The notes: generated by a model not told the origin, from the letters alone. A stretch of DNA of 64,000 bases from an uncultured Christensenellaceae bacterium (GCA_910588545.1 CAJUOU010000002.1:96228-160227); one strand, 5' to 3'. Shown: positions 37,281 through 48,396, counted from the first letter of the stretch. A program made the numbers and translations.

Positions 37281-38459
37281 TTAGTCAATGCTGTAGTTAG
37301 TAAAATAGTTTTGTATCAAAATGATTGGAGTACCTTTATCGCCACTACCGGAAGTCAAATCACAAAGGCTGCCAAGCAAATCGGTAAGTCTTCTTGGAGT
37401 TGTACCTTGTGAAGATTGGTCAGCAACTAGGTTTGCCTTTTTCTCCTTTATTAGCGCTTTCATAGCTTTTTTAGCCTCTTCTCCAGACAAATCGCCAATA
37501 GCATTGTCTGCTAGATATTTAAGTTTCAATTCGTTAGGAGTACCTACCAAGCCTTTTGTATATGCTGGAGATACAACAGGGTCTGCAAGTTCCCAAATTC
37601 CGCCTACAGGGTCTTTAAACGCACCGTCGCCGTAAATCATAACTTCGATATTTTTGCCTGTAATGCTCTTAAATTTTTCGGCAATAGCATCAACCAATTT
37701 TTGTCCGTCGCGAGGGAACAATTTAACAGAGTTATCTGTTGCCAAGTTGCTACCATACAAACCATATTGATTGTAACCGCTGCCGTCAACACTTTCGTTC
37801 ATGATATCAGTCAAATTCAAGCAAACTTTAGCACCTGCTTCCTTTAAAATGCGTTTTGTGCGGTTTCTTGTATGTATATCTGCATTGATAACTTTATCGG
37901 TATATTTCAAAATTTCCTTTGGATTATTTGCAAGTATAATTTCGCAATTATCGCCGCCAAAGCTCTTATAAAGTTCGATATAATCAAGACCTGTAAAAGG
38001 ATGAAGAATTTTACCGAAAGTTGCATAGTATTGTTCTTCGGTAAACACGTCAGTATAAGGATTTACACCTTTTTCATCAATAATATCCATTGGGATAAGT
38101 GGGTTTCCTACCTCGTCACTCGGATAAGATAATTGAATAATCAATTTATCAACCCCCATTGCAATACCCTTTAAAATCATAGAAAATCTGTTTCTTGACA
38201 TAATAGGGAATACCAAACCGACAGTACCGCCACCGGTTTTACGTCTTACATCTTTGGCAATTTGCTCAAGTGTTGCATAGTTACCTTGTGCTCTTGCAAC
38301 AATAGCCTCGGTCATTGCAACAACATCTTTATCTTGCAATTCAAACTTGCCTTCCTCGCTTGCTGCAAGTACACTGTCAACAACGATGTCAACCAAATTG
38401 TCGCCTTTTTTAATAATAGGTGCTTTAATACCTCTTGAAATTGTACCAATAGTTTTCAT
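37281..38459 (-). CDS. coenzyme F420-0:L-glutamate ligase (CofE)-like family protein
   Basis: N-terminus MKTIGTISRGIKAPIIKKGDNLVDIV is typical of CofE-like ligase homologs in Firmicutes. Start moved to ATG 38459, downstream of a GGAGG SD. Confidence 0.55.
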   Translation of the reverse strand: MKTIGTISRGIKAPIIKKGDNLVDIVVDSVLAASEEGKFELQDKDVVAMTEAIVARAQGNYATLEQIAKDVRRKTGGGTVGLVFPIMSRNRFSMILKGIAMGVDKLIIQLSYPSDEVGNPLIPMDIIDEKGVNPYTDVFTEEQYYATFGKILHPFTGLDYIELYKSFGGDNCEIILANNPKEILKYTDKVINADIHTRNRTKRILKEAGAKVCLNLTDIMNESVDGSGYNQYGLYGSNLATDNSVKLFPRDGQKLVDAIAEKFKSITGKNIEVMIYGDGAFKDPVGGIWELADPVVSPAYTKGLVGTPNELKLKYLADNAIGDLSGEEAKKAMKALIKEKKANLVADQSSQGTTPRRLTDLLGSLCDLTSGSGDKGTPIILIQNYFTNYSID

Positions 38460-38623
38460 AACAAAAACCTCCTGTTTTCCTTGACCTCTCATATTATACA
38501 ACAAAACAATTTTTTTTGCAATTAATTACAAAAATTTCAATATAATGAAATCTTAATATTGATATAAGTAAAATAATACCGATAAAAAATGTACCGTAAA
38601 TAAGCTTACGGTACAAACAATTT

Positions 38624-40312
38624 TTACATTTTTGTAGGACACTTTATGCCAAGCAATGACATACCATCTTTTATAATGTTTTGTACAATCTTTACAACTG
38701 CAAGACGTGCACATTTGTCCTGCTCGTTTGAATTGGAAATATTTTGTTCCAAATAAAATTTATTAAACTGTACAGCCAAATTATAAATATATCTTGTTAC
38801 GATAGACGGCTCATACTTTGCACCGGCATCCGCAACTATGTCAGGGTATTTATCTATCAATTTGATAAGTTCATAGCTCTCCGCACTTGTCAAATTGTCG
38901 TAATTGATACTGCCGCTACTTTCGATTTTGTTTAAAAGCGAACAACATCTTGCATAAGTGTATTGGACGTAAGGACCTGTCTCTCCCTCAAAATTTAAAA
39001 CTTTATCGTAACTAAAGCTGATGTCTTTGATACGGCTACCGACCAATGCACCAAAAACGACTGCTCCTGTTCCGACCATTTCAGCTACATCCTGTTTGTT
39101 TTCCAAATCGGGATTTTTTTCGTTTATTATCTCAAGTGCTTTGTCCCTTGCGGTATTCAAAACATCCTCTAAAAATACCACATTACCGTCACGGGTGGAA
39201 AGTTTTCCTCCCTCAATGCTTACCATACCAAAAGGAACATGAATCATATCCTTTGCCCAATCATAGCCCATCATTTCGATAACTTTAAAAAGTTGTTTGA
39301 AATGCAAGTTTTGTTGATATGCCACTACATAAAGCGATTTATAAAAATTATAAGTGTTTTTCCTGTAAAAAGCCGCAGCCATATCACGAGTTGCATACAA
39401 AGTAGCTCCGTCTGCTTTTTTTATAAGGCATGGTGGCATATCTTCGCTTTGGTCAAACTCCACTATTGTAGCTCCGTTGCTTATTTTGGTAAGCCCTTTT
39501 GCCTCTAGCTCGTCAATCACAGGTTGCATTTTGTCGTTATAAAAACTTTCGCCGTTATAGCTGTCAAAATGAACATCCAATCTGTCATATATTTTTTGCA
39601 CATCACGAAGTGTAACCTCTTTAAACCAAAGGAATAATTCCATTGCTTCGCTATCGCCGTCTTCAATCTTTTTAAACCAATTTCTTGCAATGTCATTTAA
39701 CTCAGGGGTGCTTTCCGCCTCTTTATGGAATTTTACGTAAATTTCAAGCAGAGCATTTATACCTCTATTGTTTATATCCTCTTTATCGCCCCACATTTTA
39801 TATGCAACAATCAATTTACCAAATTGGGTGCCCCAATCGCCCAAATGATTGATGCCAACCACCGAATATCCAAGTTTTTTATAAATTCTGTACAAAGCCG
39901 CGCCGATAACAGTAGTGGATAAATGCCCCATGTGAAAAGGTTTTGCAATATTAATGCTAGAGTAGTCAATGCAAATTGTTTTACCTGCGCCCTCAGTACT
40001 TGCACCATAACTTTCGCCCAAAGCCAATGTCTTATCCACAGTCTGCTTAACAAAATTCAGTTTGGATAATTTGAAGTTAACATATCCGTTTACTGCTTCG
40101 ATACTCTCGATAAAAGCAGGTTTTTCTATGCTGGATACTATCTCTTTTGCAACAATTACAGGCGATTTTCGTAAGGTTTTTGCAAATTTAAAACAAGGAA
40201 AAGCAAAATCCGCCAAAGCACTGTCTTTTGCCGCCACAACTAGCGACAAAATTTCGTCAAAGCTTACACCATCTATTTTTATTAGTTTTGCTATCTCAAC
40301 TTTATAATCCAT
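38624..40312 (-). CDS. argS: arginine--tRNA ligase
   Basis: Class I HIGH variant (PFHMGHL). ArgRS N-terminal and anticodon-binding domain pattern. Start ATG 40312 has an AAGAGG SD just after the ychF stop. Confidence 0.9.
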   Translation of the reverse strand: MDYKVEIAKLIKIDGVSFDEILSLVVAAKDSALADFAFPCFKFAKTLRKSPVIVAKEIVSSIEKPAFIESIEAVNGYVNFKLSKLNFVKQTVDKTLALGESYGASTEGAGKTICIDYSSINIAKPFHMGHLSTTVIGAALYRIYKKLGYSVVGINHLGDWGTQFGKLIVAYKMWGDKEDINNRGINALLEIYVKFHKEAESTPELNDIARNWFKKIEDGDSEAMELFLWFKEVTLRDVQKIYDRLDVHFDSYNGESFYNDKMQPVIDELEAKGLTKISNGATIVEFDQSEDMPPCLIKKADGATLYATRDMAAAFYRKNTYNFYKSLYVVAYQQNLHFKQLFKVIEMMGYDWAKDMIHVPFGMVSIEGGKLSTRDGNVVFLEDVLNTARDKALEIINEKNPDLENKQDVAEMVGTGAVVFGALVGSRIKDISFSYDKVLNFEGETGPYVQYTYARCCSLLNKIESSGSINYDNLTSAESYELIKLIDKYPDIVADAGAKYEPSIVTRYIYNLAVQFNKFYLEQNISNSNEQDKCARLAVVKIVQNIIKDGMSLLGIKCPTKM

Positions 40313-40322
40313 CTTCTGCCTC

Positions 40323-41414
40323 TTAAACATTAAATCTGAACAACACTACATCGCCATCTTGTACGACATAGTCTTTGCCCTCACTTCTTACTTTGCCTTT
40401 TTCTTTTGCTATAGTATACGAGCCAAGCTCAAGTAAAATTTTGTAGTCAACGATTTCCGCTCTTATAAAACCTCGCTCAAAGTCACTGTGTATTTTACCT
40501 GCTGCTTGCGGAGCTTTTGTGCCTTTTTCTATTGTCCAAGCACGAGTTTCCTTTTCGCCCGCAGTAAGGTAAGATATTAATCCCAATAGCGAATAACACT
40601 CTGTTACCAAAATATCAAGTCCGCTTTCGGATAATCCCAATTCCTCAGCGAACATATTTCTTTCTTCCTCATCGTCTATGGATGCAAGGTCTTCTTCTAT
40701 CTTTGCGCATAAAACAACTACGCCGGCATTGTCGCCTTTTGCAAATTCCTTAACCTGCTTAACATAGTCATTTTCCGTACCGATTTCCCCCTCACTAATG
40801 TTTGCAACATAAATAACGGGTTTTGTCGTAAGCAAAAACATTTCTTTTACGGCAACTGCTTGTTCATCATCAAACTGCATAGAGCGAACAGGCTTTCCGC
40901 TTTCCAAATGAGCGTAAATTTTCTCCAAAAACTCGGCTTCGGCAACAAATTTTTTATCCCCGCCCTTTGCACTGCTGCGTGCTTTTGCAATTCTTTTGCT
41001 TACCGACTCCATATCCGCAAAAATAAGTTCCAAATTTATTGTTTCTATATCTCTAAGCGGATTTACGCTTCCGTCCACATGTGTGATATTGTCGTCGTCA
41101 AAACACCTTACAACATGTGTTATTGCATCTACCTCACGTATATGCGACAAAAACTTATTTCCCAATCCTTCGCCGCGGGATGCACCTTTAACCAATCCCG
41201 CAATATCTACGAACTCAAGATAGGTGGGAGTAATTTTTTTGCTGTTATAAAGTTTAGCAAGTGCGTCAAGCCTTTTATCGGGAACGGCAACAACACCAAC
41301 ATTTGGCTCGATAGTGCAGAAAGGGTAGTTCGCACTTTCGGCACCAGCCTTGGTTATTGCATTAAACAATGTACTTTTGCCAACGTTAGGTAAACCTACA
41401 ACACCTAATTTCAT
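40323..41414 (-). CDS. ychF: redox-regulated ribosome-binding ATPase YchF
   Basis: GLPNVGKSTLFNA P-loop and a C-terminal TGS domain (VRSEGKDYVVQDGDVVLFRFNV). Confidence 0.93.
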   Translation of the reverse strand: MKLGVVGLPNVGKSTLFNAITKAGAESANYPFCTIEPNVGVVAVPDKRLDALAKLYNSKKITPTYLEFVDIAGLVKGASRGEGLGNKFLSHIREVDAITHVVRCFDDDNITHVDGSVNPLRDIETINLELIFADMESVSKRIAKARSSAKGGDKKFVAEAEFLEKIYAHLESGKPVRSMQFDDEQAVAVKEMFLLTTKPVIYVANISEGEIGTENDYVKQVKEFAKGDNAGVVVLCAKIEEDLASIDDEEERNMFAEELGLSESGLDILVTECYSLLGLISYLTAGEKETRAWTIEKGTKAPQAAGKIHSDFERGFIRAEIVDYKILLELGSYTIAKEKGKVRSEGKDYVVQDGDVVLFRFNV

Positions 41415-41483
41415 ATTTATCTCCTAAAATCCGCAATATTTACTACAGATAACTAATAATTATTTTTACCAAATAATTATAAT

Positions 41484-41520
41484 AAAAAAAAGACCAAAAG
41501 TCAAGCAATTTAACTTTTGG
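41484..41520 (-). terminator. orphan intrinsic terminator ~290 nt downstream of the radical SAM gene
   Basis: CCAAAAGT/ACTTTTGG stem followed by U8 on the minus strand. Confidence 0.55.
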
Positions 41521-41806
41521 CAAGCAACATATACAATTTATTATATTTTTTGAGCATATCAGCATATTATCATACATTGATAGGATAGATATCAACTTAT
41601 GTCAATTTATTCATAAATGGTTGTATTATCATATAATCAAAAGTTAATTTATCAATATATGACAATATGATTATTCATTAATAATTTAATAATAGGCATA
41701 TCTACATGTATAAATTTATTACAAAAATCGCTACTATTTCATATTTTCATATCTACATATTGTGATATGATGATATATCTATTCTTTTAAAATGGCTTTA
41801 CACAAC

Positions 41807-42682
41807 TCAATAATTTTTTGACAAATGCTTGTTTAACATATTCAAAAAATATCTTTTATGTAAAGTCCATTTAGGAGCGACCAAAGTTTTCCTATCCCCG
41901 TCTCCCGTCAATCTTTCTATATAAATTTCCTTATCCAAAATACAAAGTTGCTTAGCTAAAACAACAATGTACTCATCCATTTCCAAAGGTTTGTACTCTC
42001 CGCTTTCGTACATTTCGTGCAGCTTAGTTCCAAAAGGCACATAAGTACAATGTATTTTTACCGAATGTGGTTTCATACTACTTACAATTTGAGCTGTTTT
42101 TAACATATCGCTTTCTGTCTCGTAAGGCAAACCATCCATTATATGCACGCAAACTTTTATATTATTTGCCTTAAGCTCGTCAAAACACTCTTTAAACTGC
42201 TCAAAAGTATGCCCGCGTCCGATAACCTTAAGCGTCTTATCAGACACAGACTGTAACCCAAGTTCCACAACCAAATGTGTTGCATTGTTAAGTTGGGTCA
42301 AATACTCAAGCATATCGGAAGTTATACAATCGGGTCTGGTTGCAATGCTTATCCCGCAAATCTCGCTATCTTGTAACACTTCTTTTACACGGTCTTTAAG
42401 CTTGAAAACAGACATATAAGTATTACTGAACGATTGAAAATAAGCTATGTATTTACCGCATTTTTTATCTTTCAATTTACTTTTTGCACAGTCTAATTGC
42501 GTAAAAACAGTTGCATAATCCCCGCTGCCTGCGCCGCTGCAATATATGCAACCTCCTGTACCTTTACTTCCGTCTCGATTTGGGCAAGTCGCACCTATAT
42601 CCAATGCAAGCTTATACACTCTGCCGCCGAAAGTCTGTTTATAATATTCGGTTATACTATTATATTTCATTCCGTTATCCAT
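41807..42682 (-). CDS. TIGR01212-family radical SAM protein
   Basis: N-terminal FGGRVYKLALDIGATCPNRDGSKGTGGCIYC pattern characteristic of the TIGR01212 (YhcC-like) family. Confidence 0.8.
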   Translation of the reverse strand: MDNGMKYNSITEYYKQTFGGRVYKLALDIGATCPNRDGSKGTGGCIYCSGAGSGDYATVFTQLDCAKSKLKDKKCGKYIAYFQSFSNTYMSVFKLKDRVKEVLQDSEICGISIATRPDCITSDMLEYLTQLNNATHLVVELGLQSVSDKTLKVIGRGHTFEQFKECFDELKANNIKVCVHIMDGLPYETESDMLKTAQIVSSMKPHSVKIHCTYVPFGTKLHEMYESGEYKPLEMDEYIVVLAKQLCILDKEIYIERLTGDGDRKTLVAPKWTLHKRYFLNMLNKHLSKNY

Positions 42683-42872
42683 ACAATTATTTTAACACAT
42701 TTAAGTATATTTTGCTATACTTTTTTTGTAAAAAACAAAGATAATTTATTATAGAAAATATTTTTATATTTGATTAAGGATAACCTAAAATACAAATTAG
42801 TACCGATTTTTAAAAGTTTTTTACAAAACTTTATGTATTAAAAAGAGTGCTTAAGTCAGCACCCTTAGTTAT

Positions 42873-43523
42873 TTATTTGTTGTCGCCTACAACATATTGC
42901 ATCGGGTCAACCAATTTGTTATTTTGGGTTAACTCATAATGAATATGTGCATCTTGCTTACACTCAAATTGAAATTTGCCTACAGTACCAAGTACGGTTT
43001 TTTCGTCAACCTTATCGCCTTTGCTAACTTTAACATCATTAATCAATCTGATTGTAGCTACATAACCCTTGCCATAATCGATAGTTACGCTACCGCCGTA
43101 GTAAGCATCGGTAGTAACATTTGTTACTGTTCCCTCAAAACCTGCATATACATTAGCGCCTTCACTACCTACGATATCAACAGCCAAATGTGCGTCGTAT
43201 CTTGATAAAGTCGGATTATAACTTAAAGCTGTATCCGAAAAAGCTCTACCTTGTACTCCACCCTCAACAGGCATAATCAAAGCAAACTTCTTTTCAACAA
43301 CAGCCGGTTTTTCGTCATCCGGAGCTTCTATTGTTGGCTCGTTAGGTTTGTTTACATCGACATCGTTTGTCTTTGTTGTGTTAAGCACTGCAACTACTGT
43401 TACCACTACTCCAATCGCTATCACGCATAGAATCATCAGGATATAATGAATATTCTTTTTTAAAAAAGCCATTAATCTGCTGCCGATAGCCTTTGCATCT
43501 TTTTTTTGCATATTTACCTCCAA
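42873..43523 (-). CDS. M23-family metallopeptidase (LytM domain), membrane anchored
   Basis: N-terminal TM anchor. HLAVDI (HxxxD) and HIHYEL (HxH) zinc ligands are intact. Confidence 0.8.
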   Translation of the reverse strand: MEVNMQKKDAKAIGSRLMAFLKKNIHYILMILCVIAIGVVVTVVAVLNTTKTNDVDVNKPNEPTIEAPDDEKPAVVEKKFALIMPVEGGVQGRAFSDTALSYNPTLSRYDAHLAVDIVGSEGANVYAGFEGTVTNVTTDAYYGGSVTIDYGKGYVATIRLINDVKVSKGDKVDEKTVLGTVGKFQFECKQDAHIHYELTQNNKLVDPMQYVVGDNK

Positions 43524-43529
43524 ATATTC

Positions 43530-43979
43530 TTAATAACTCCCCATTATCAAAGGGGTGCCTACTGTGATTACATTATCCCTTATAGCGATTTGAAAATTGA
43601 TATTCATACCGTTTGCTGAAATCGGCTTGCCACAACTTTCAGATATACCATAAATGATATGTACATTCCCTACAGTTTCCTCACTTAGGACTGCCACTTT
43701 GCATTTTTTGACCACACTTTTCATATCGTCAAAATCGCCGTTGAATGTAGCGCTTATTCCTACTATGTTTACCAAATTATCTGCAGTCTTTTGTCCTTCC
43801 TTATAGTCGCTCGTAACCATAAAAATGTCATCGTATAGGTATATAGCATTTTCGCTATATCTACCTTTAGTAAAATAATTGATAGTGATATCCTTGTCCG
43901 ATTTAGGTAGAATTACGGGCAAAGAATATGTAACAAACAACAATAAACATAATGATAAAACAATCAAAGCTTTCTTCAT
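43530..43979 (-). CDS. secreted/anchored protein, possibly YwmB (DUF1779)-like
   Basis: Signal/anchor sequence. C-terminal INFQIAIRDNVITVGTPLIMGSY resembles the YwmB family C-terminus. Tentative. Confidence 0.4.
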   Translation of the reverse strand: MKKALIVLSLCLLLFVTYSLPVILPKSDKDITINYFTKGRYSENAIYLYDDIFMVTSDYKEGQKTADNLVNIVGISATFNGDFDDMKSVVKKCKVAVLSEETVGNVHIIYGISESCGKPISANGMNINFQIAIRDNVITVGTPLIMGSY

Positions 43980-44310
43980 TTTTCAATCCTCACAATTCTA
44001 TTCTTGCCACATTATTTCCCATGTATACATATAATTTCAAATTTTTGATTTTTAAAAAATACTTGTATAAAAAAATATTTCCTTATAGCAAAAACATATA
44101 CACAACAAATGTTAAGCAAATAAAAATTATTTATTTGTTATAATTGTTATTAAAAAACATAATTTAATAACTTTGGTTTTATTTTGCTTAAATATTAATA
44201 TCCCGTCCCGAAAAGTATGATAGTTTAAAAAGACTAATTTTTATCCTCATTTTCTTTCAAAAAGCAGCAAAAAAGCACCCTTCGCATTGCAAAGAGTGCT
44301 TTTTGAATAT

Positions 44311-44338
44311 AAAAAGACACCTAAAAAGGTGTCTTTAT
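44311..44338 (-). terminator. intrinsic terminator after the aminotransferase gene
   Basis: AAGACACC/GGTGTCTT stem with flanking A/T runs. A second hairpin at 44266-44304 pairs better on the minus strand. Confidence 0.65.
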
Positions 44339-44355
44339 TTTTCTTTTTATTATTC

Positions 44356-45642
44356 TTATTTTTCGCTTATCAATTTTTCAATGCAAGCAATTTTTGTGCT
44401 GCATACTAAAATTTTGCAAGCTGTATCCAACTGATTGGTGTTTGTAAAAGTAGGTGCAATACGAATATTGCTGTCATTATCGTCTTTACCATAAGGGAAA
44501 GTATCGCCAACAGTAGTGATTACAAGACCTGCGTTTTTGCAAAGTTCGTAAACTTTTTTCGCGCAACCGTTAAGTACATTGTAGCTGATAAAATATCCGC
44601 CTTTTGGATTACTCCAATTTGCAATATCGCTGTCTGTGCCAAACTCATCCTCAAGCACATTTAAAATGGTATCAAATTTAGGTCTGATAATAGCAGCGTG
44701 CTTTTTCATTATAGCACGTACTCCGTCCATATTTTGCAAAAACTTTAAGTGCAAATATTGATTGATTTTATCCGGTCCGATAGTTTGGAACTTCATTGTT
44801 TTAAGCGCATCTTTCAAATTTTCTTCGGAGGATGCAAAGCATGCAACGCCCGCACCAGGGAAAGTAATTTTCGAAGTACTTGCAAAAATAAACACTCTGT
44901 TAGGGTTGCCGTTTGCAAGGCAGGCTGTATAAATATTTTTTAGCGGTACAGTGCTGTCATACAAATCATGCACAACATAAGCATTATCCCAAAAAATTCT
45001 AAAATCTTGTGCTTTTGTAGGCATTTTAGCAAGTCTGTCTACTACTTCGTCGCTAAATACAATACCTGTTGGATTAGAATATTTAGGAACACACCAAATA
45101 CCTTTTATTGCCTCGTCGTCTGCAACCAATTTTTCCACAACATCCATAATTGGTCCGTTTTCATCCATTGGGATAGTAATCAATTCGATTCCAAAAACAG
45201 CTGTCAAACTGAAGTGTCTGTCATAACCGGGTGCAGGACACAAAAATTTAACCTTTTCAAGCTTATTCCAAGGGGTGCTGCCGTTAACACCAAATTGCAT
45301 ACATCTTTGAATTGTATCATACATCATGTTTAGGCTACTGTTGCCGCCTACCAAAACATTTTCCGCTTTTACGCCCAACATTTCGCCAAACAACTGACGT
45401 AAACCATAAAGTCCCTCAATACCGCCGTAGTTACGGATATCCGCACCCTCAGCAGGCAAATCGGCTACGCTATTTATCATATTCAACATTTCCATAGAAA
45501 GGTCAAGTTGCTCTTTGCAAGGCTTACCTCTGGAAATATCAATCTTTACATTTTGTTTAAGAATTTCTTCATAATTTGCTTTTTCTTTGGCAAGTTCTTT
45601 TTCCAAAAAATCTTTTGTTTTATCGCGATAAATCATATACAA
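44356..45642 (-). CDS. PLP-dependent aminotransferase (class I/II fold)
   Basis: Aminotransferase-like pattern including ASTSKITFPGAG (PLP-lysine region). 428 aa. Confidence 0.7.
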   Translation of the reverse strand: MYMIYRDKTKDFLEKELAKEKANYEEILKQNVKIDISRGKPCKEQLDLSMEMLNMINSVADLPAEGADIRNYGGIEGLYGLRQLFGEMLGVKAENVLVGGNSSLNMMYDTIQRCMQFGVNGSTPWNKLEKVKFLCPAPGYDRHFSLTAVFGIELITIPMDENGPIMDVVEKLVADDEAIKGIWCVPKYSNPTGIVFSDEVVDRLAKMPTKAQDFRIFWDNAYVVHDLYDSTVPLKNIYTACLANGNPNRVFIFASTSKITFPGAGVACFASSEENLKDALKTMKFQTIGPDKINQYLHLKFLQNMDGVRAIMKKHAAIIRPKFDTILNVLEDEFGTDSDIANWSNPKGGYFISYNVLNGCAKKVYELCKNAGLVITTVGDTFPYGKDDNDSNIRIAPTFTNTNQLDTACKILVCSTKIACIEKLISEK

Positions 45643-45757
45643 ACCTCCGTTTTTCCTATTTTATCACATACGCATTAAATTAGTCAATTATATATATAAA
45701 TGATTAGATTAAAATTTTTTATATTAATTATAACCTCAATTAATGCAAAATTTATTA

Positions 45758-47083
45758 TCAAACAAAGCTATCATCTTCATTTTTATTGCGAAATACAAGC
45801 CTTATCGGAGTACCTTTAAACTCAAATGATTTTCTCAAACAATTTTCCAAATACCTTTTATACGAAAAATGCAACAATTCGCTATCATTTACAAAAAAGA
45901 CGAATGTAGGCGGATTACTGCTGTTTTGAGTTGCAAAGAAAACTTTCAATCTCTTGCCATTGTGTGCAGGTGGCTCTACCAAACTTACCGCATCTTGAAT
46001 AATATCGTTCAACAATCCCGTAGTTATTCGTTTGCTTGCCTCACTGTAAACAAAATTTACCTCACGCATAATCTTATCCGTTCTTTGTCCCGTTTTGGCA
46101 CTTACATATAAACTATCGTAATAGTCCATAAATTTCAGCTGCTCGTCAAGCCTTGCATTGTACTTATTTATTGTATGAGTATCTTTTTCAACAATGTCCC
46201 ACTTATTCATTATAATTACGGATGGTTTACCTTGTTCATGAACATATCCGCAAATGCGAATATCTTGTTCGCTAAGTTCTTCTCCCGCATCGATAACAAC
46301 AAGACAAATATCTGCTCTTCGTATTGCTGCAAGACTTCTCATAACGCTATAGCTTTCCACACTTTCGTCAATGCTGCGCTTACGTCTTATACCCGCAGTA
46401 TCAATCAAATTATACTTCTGTCCCTCGTAAGTAAATGCAGTATCAATAGCATCACGGGTAGTTCCCGCAACATTGCTGACTATTACTCTGTCATAGCCAA
46501 GCAACCTGTTTACCAAACTGCTTTTACCTGCATTTGGTTTACCTACAACGGCAATATTAATTACGTCATTATCCGCATTAGTATCGATTTTCGGCAGATA
46601 ATTGCATATTGCATCCAACAAATCGCCAATACCTTTACCCTGTTCCCCCGAAACAGCATAAGGCTCGCCAAGTCCTAATTCATAAAACTCGTAAGTCTTT
46701 TCCACCTCATTATTATCTAGCTTGTTTACAGCCAAAACGATAGGTTTTTTGCTTTTTCTCAAAAAATTTGCAATATCTATATCGTCGGAAATTATCCCTT
46801 GTTTTCCGTCTACAAAAAGCACGATAACATCTGCAACCTCCACTGCGATTTCCGCCTGTGCTTTTATATGTTGCCACATTTTATCTTCGCTTTTAAGTTC
46901 GATACCGCCTGTGTCTATCATTGTAAAATTATATCCGCACCACTCGGCATCGAAATACAATCTATCGCGAGTAACACCAGGTTTATCCTCCACAATAGAC
47001 ACTCTTTTTCCTACTACTTTATTAAAAAATGTCGATTTACCTACATTGGGTCTACCGACAATCGCAACTAACGGCTTTGCCAT
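45758..47083 (-). CDS. der: ribosome biogenesis GTPase Der (EngA)
   Basis: Two tandem GTPase domains (GRPNVGKST and GKPNAGKSS P-loops) plus a KH-like C-terminal domain. Confidence 0.93.
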   Translation of the reverse strand: MAKPLVAIVGRPNVGKSTFFNKVVGKRVSIVEDKPGVTRDRLYFDAEWCGYNFTMIDTGGIELKSEDKMWQHIKAQAEIAVEVADVIVLFVDGKQGIISDDIDIANFLRKSKKPIVLAVNKLDNNEVEKTYEFYELGLGEPYAVSGEQGKGIGDLLDAICNYLPKIDTNADNDVINIAVVGKPNAGKSSLVNRLLGYDRVIVSNVAGTTRDAIDTAFTYEGQKYNLIDTAGIRRKRSIDESVESYSVMRSLAAIRRADICLVVIDAGEELSEQDIRICGYVHEQGKPSVIIMNKWDIVEKDTHTINKYNARLDEQLKFMDYYDSLYVSAKTGQRTDKIMREVNFVYSEASKRITTGLLNDIIQDAVSLVEPPAHNGKRLKVFFATQNSSNPPTFVFFVNDSELLHFSYKRYLENCLRKSFEFKGTPIRLVFRNKNEDDSFV

Positions 47084-47118
47084 ATATCCACCTACTTTAC
47101 TATTTTTTATTATGATTT

Positions 47119-48396
47119 CTATAACTTAGCGATAATTTGCACCAAATGCTCTCCATTACGACAAATATGAAGTTTTACTCCAAGCTCTTTTTCCACTTCT
47201 TTAACACTCATTCCATCCAAAAAAGTAGTTGTAAATTCCTTTAACATTGTGCTTGGTATAATTACATTTTTATAAAGCTTACCTTTGCATTGTTTGATAA
47301 TATCTCCCGCAGTAATCAATCCCGCAACAGTAACAGTCTCTCCAAAAAACTCGTTTTTGATTTTTATTACCTGTGTTTGCAATCCTTTTAATTTGCTTTC
47401 TATCCTACCGCAGTAGTCTTTCAAAAAGTCCCCGAAAGACTCCCCTGTAATCAAACTTACCTTTGCTTTGGACTTATTTTTCTTAACTTCATTTAATGCG
47501 CAGTCTACTTCGTACTCAAACATTCTCACAAGTCCTACGCCGTTTTCAATCTGCTCAAAATCGCCGTAATCCTCATAATTTGGCAAAGGCAATTCCGCTT
47601 TTATATAAAACTCGTCCGACGGATAAACAAATATACCGTATTTTTTATTTATATCGTTCGCTAAAGTTATGGTTTGTCTTGCTTTTTCCTTATCCACAGG
47701 TATTAACGGATATAATCCCTCCCTATGTTTAGTAAGCCCTACGGGAACAACTGCAACGGATTTTAACATAGGTCTCAAACTTTGCAAATCCTCTAAAGTA
47801 TGCAACAGTACTTCTCCATCATTTTCGTTTGGGCACATTACTATCTGCGTATTAACTTGTATGCCGTTATCCGTCAAAAACTTTAATTTTTCAAAAGTTT
47901 TGCTACCCTCGGGATTTGTTACAAGTTGATTTTTTATATTATTATCGATAGTGTGTACCGAAACATACAAAGGTGATAAATGCAACCTTACTATCCGTTC
48001 AAGTTCTTCCTTAAACACATTTGTTAAAGTTATGTAATTGCCCGATACAAAGGACAAACGATAGTCGTCGTCTTTGACATACAAACTTTCCCTCATACCT
48101 TTTGGCAGCTGGTCTACAAAACAAAATTTACATTTGTTTTTACAGCGTATAGGGGTAAGTTCCATACTTTCGTCAAGTTCAAGTCCCAAACTCTCGTCAT
48201 AATCTTTTTCAATTTCATAGTCGGTTATTTGTTCTCCGCGGCTTACGGTCATCACAAATTCTTCCATACCGTCATAGTAATGATAGTCCAAAATATCTTT
48301 TACAGGATTTCCATCAAAGCTAAGTAAAATATCGCCTGACTTAATGCCAAGCCGATAAGATATACCACCCTTATCCACTCCGATAATTTTTGCCAT
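47119..48396 (-). CDS. DUF512-domain radical-SAM-like protein with an N-terminal PDZ-like domain
   Basis: Cys cluster CKNKCKFCF and typical placement upstream of der in Firmicutes. Confidence 0.7.
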   Translation of the reverse strand: MAKIIGVDKGGISYRLGIKSGDILLSFDGNPVKDILDYHYYDGMEEFVMTVSRGEQITDYEIEKDYDESLGLELDESMELTPIRCKNKCKFCFVDQLPKGMRESLYVKDDDYRLSFVSGNYITLTNVFKEELERIVRLHLSPLYVSVHTIDNNIKNQLVTNPEGSKTFEKLKFLTDNGIQVNTQIVMCPNENDGEVLLHTLEDLQSLRPMLKSVAVVPVGLTKHREGLYPLIPVDKEKARQTITLANDINKKYGIFVYPSDEFYIKAELPLPNYEDYGDFEQIENGVGLVRMFEYEVDCALNEVKKNKSKAKVSLITGESFGDFLKDYCGRIESKLKGLQTQVIKIKNEFFGETVTVAGLITAGDIIKQCKGKLYKNVIIPSTMLKEFTTTFLDGMSVKEVEKELGVKLHICRNGEHLVQIIAKL

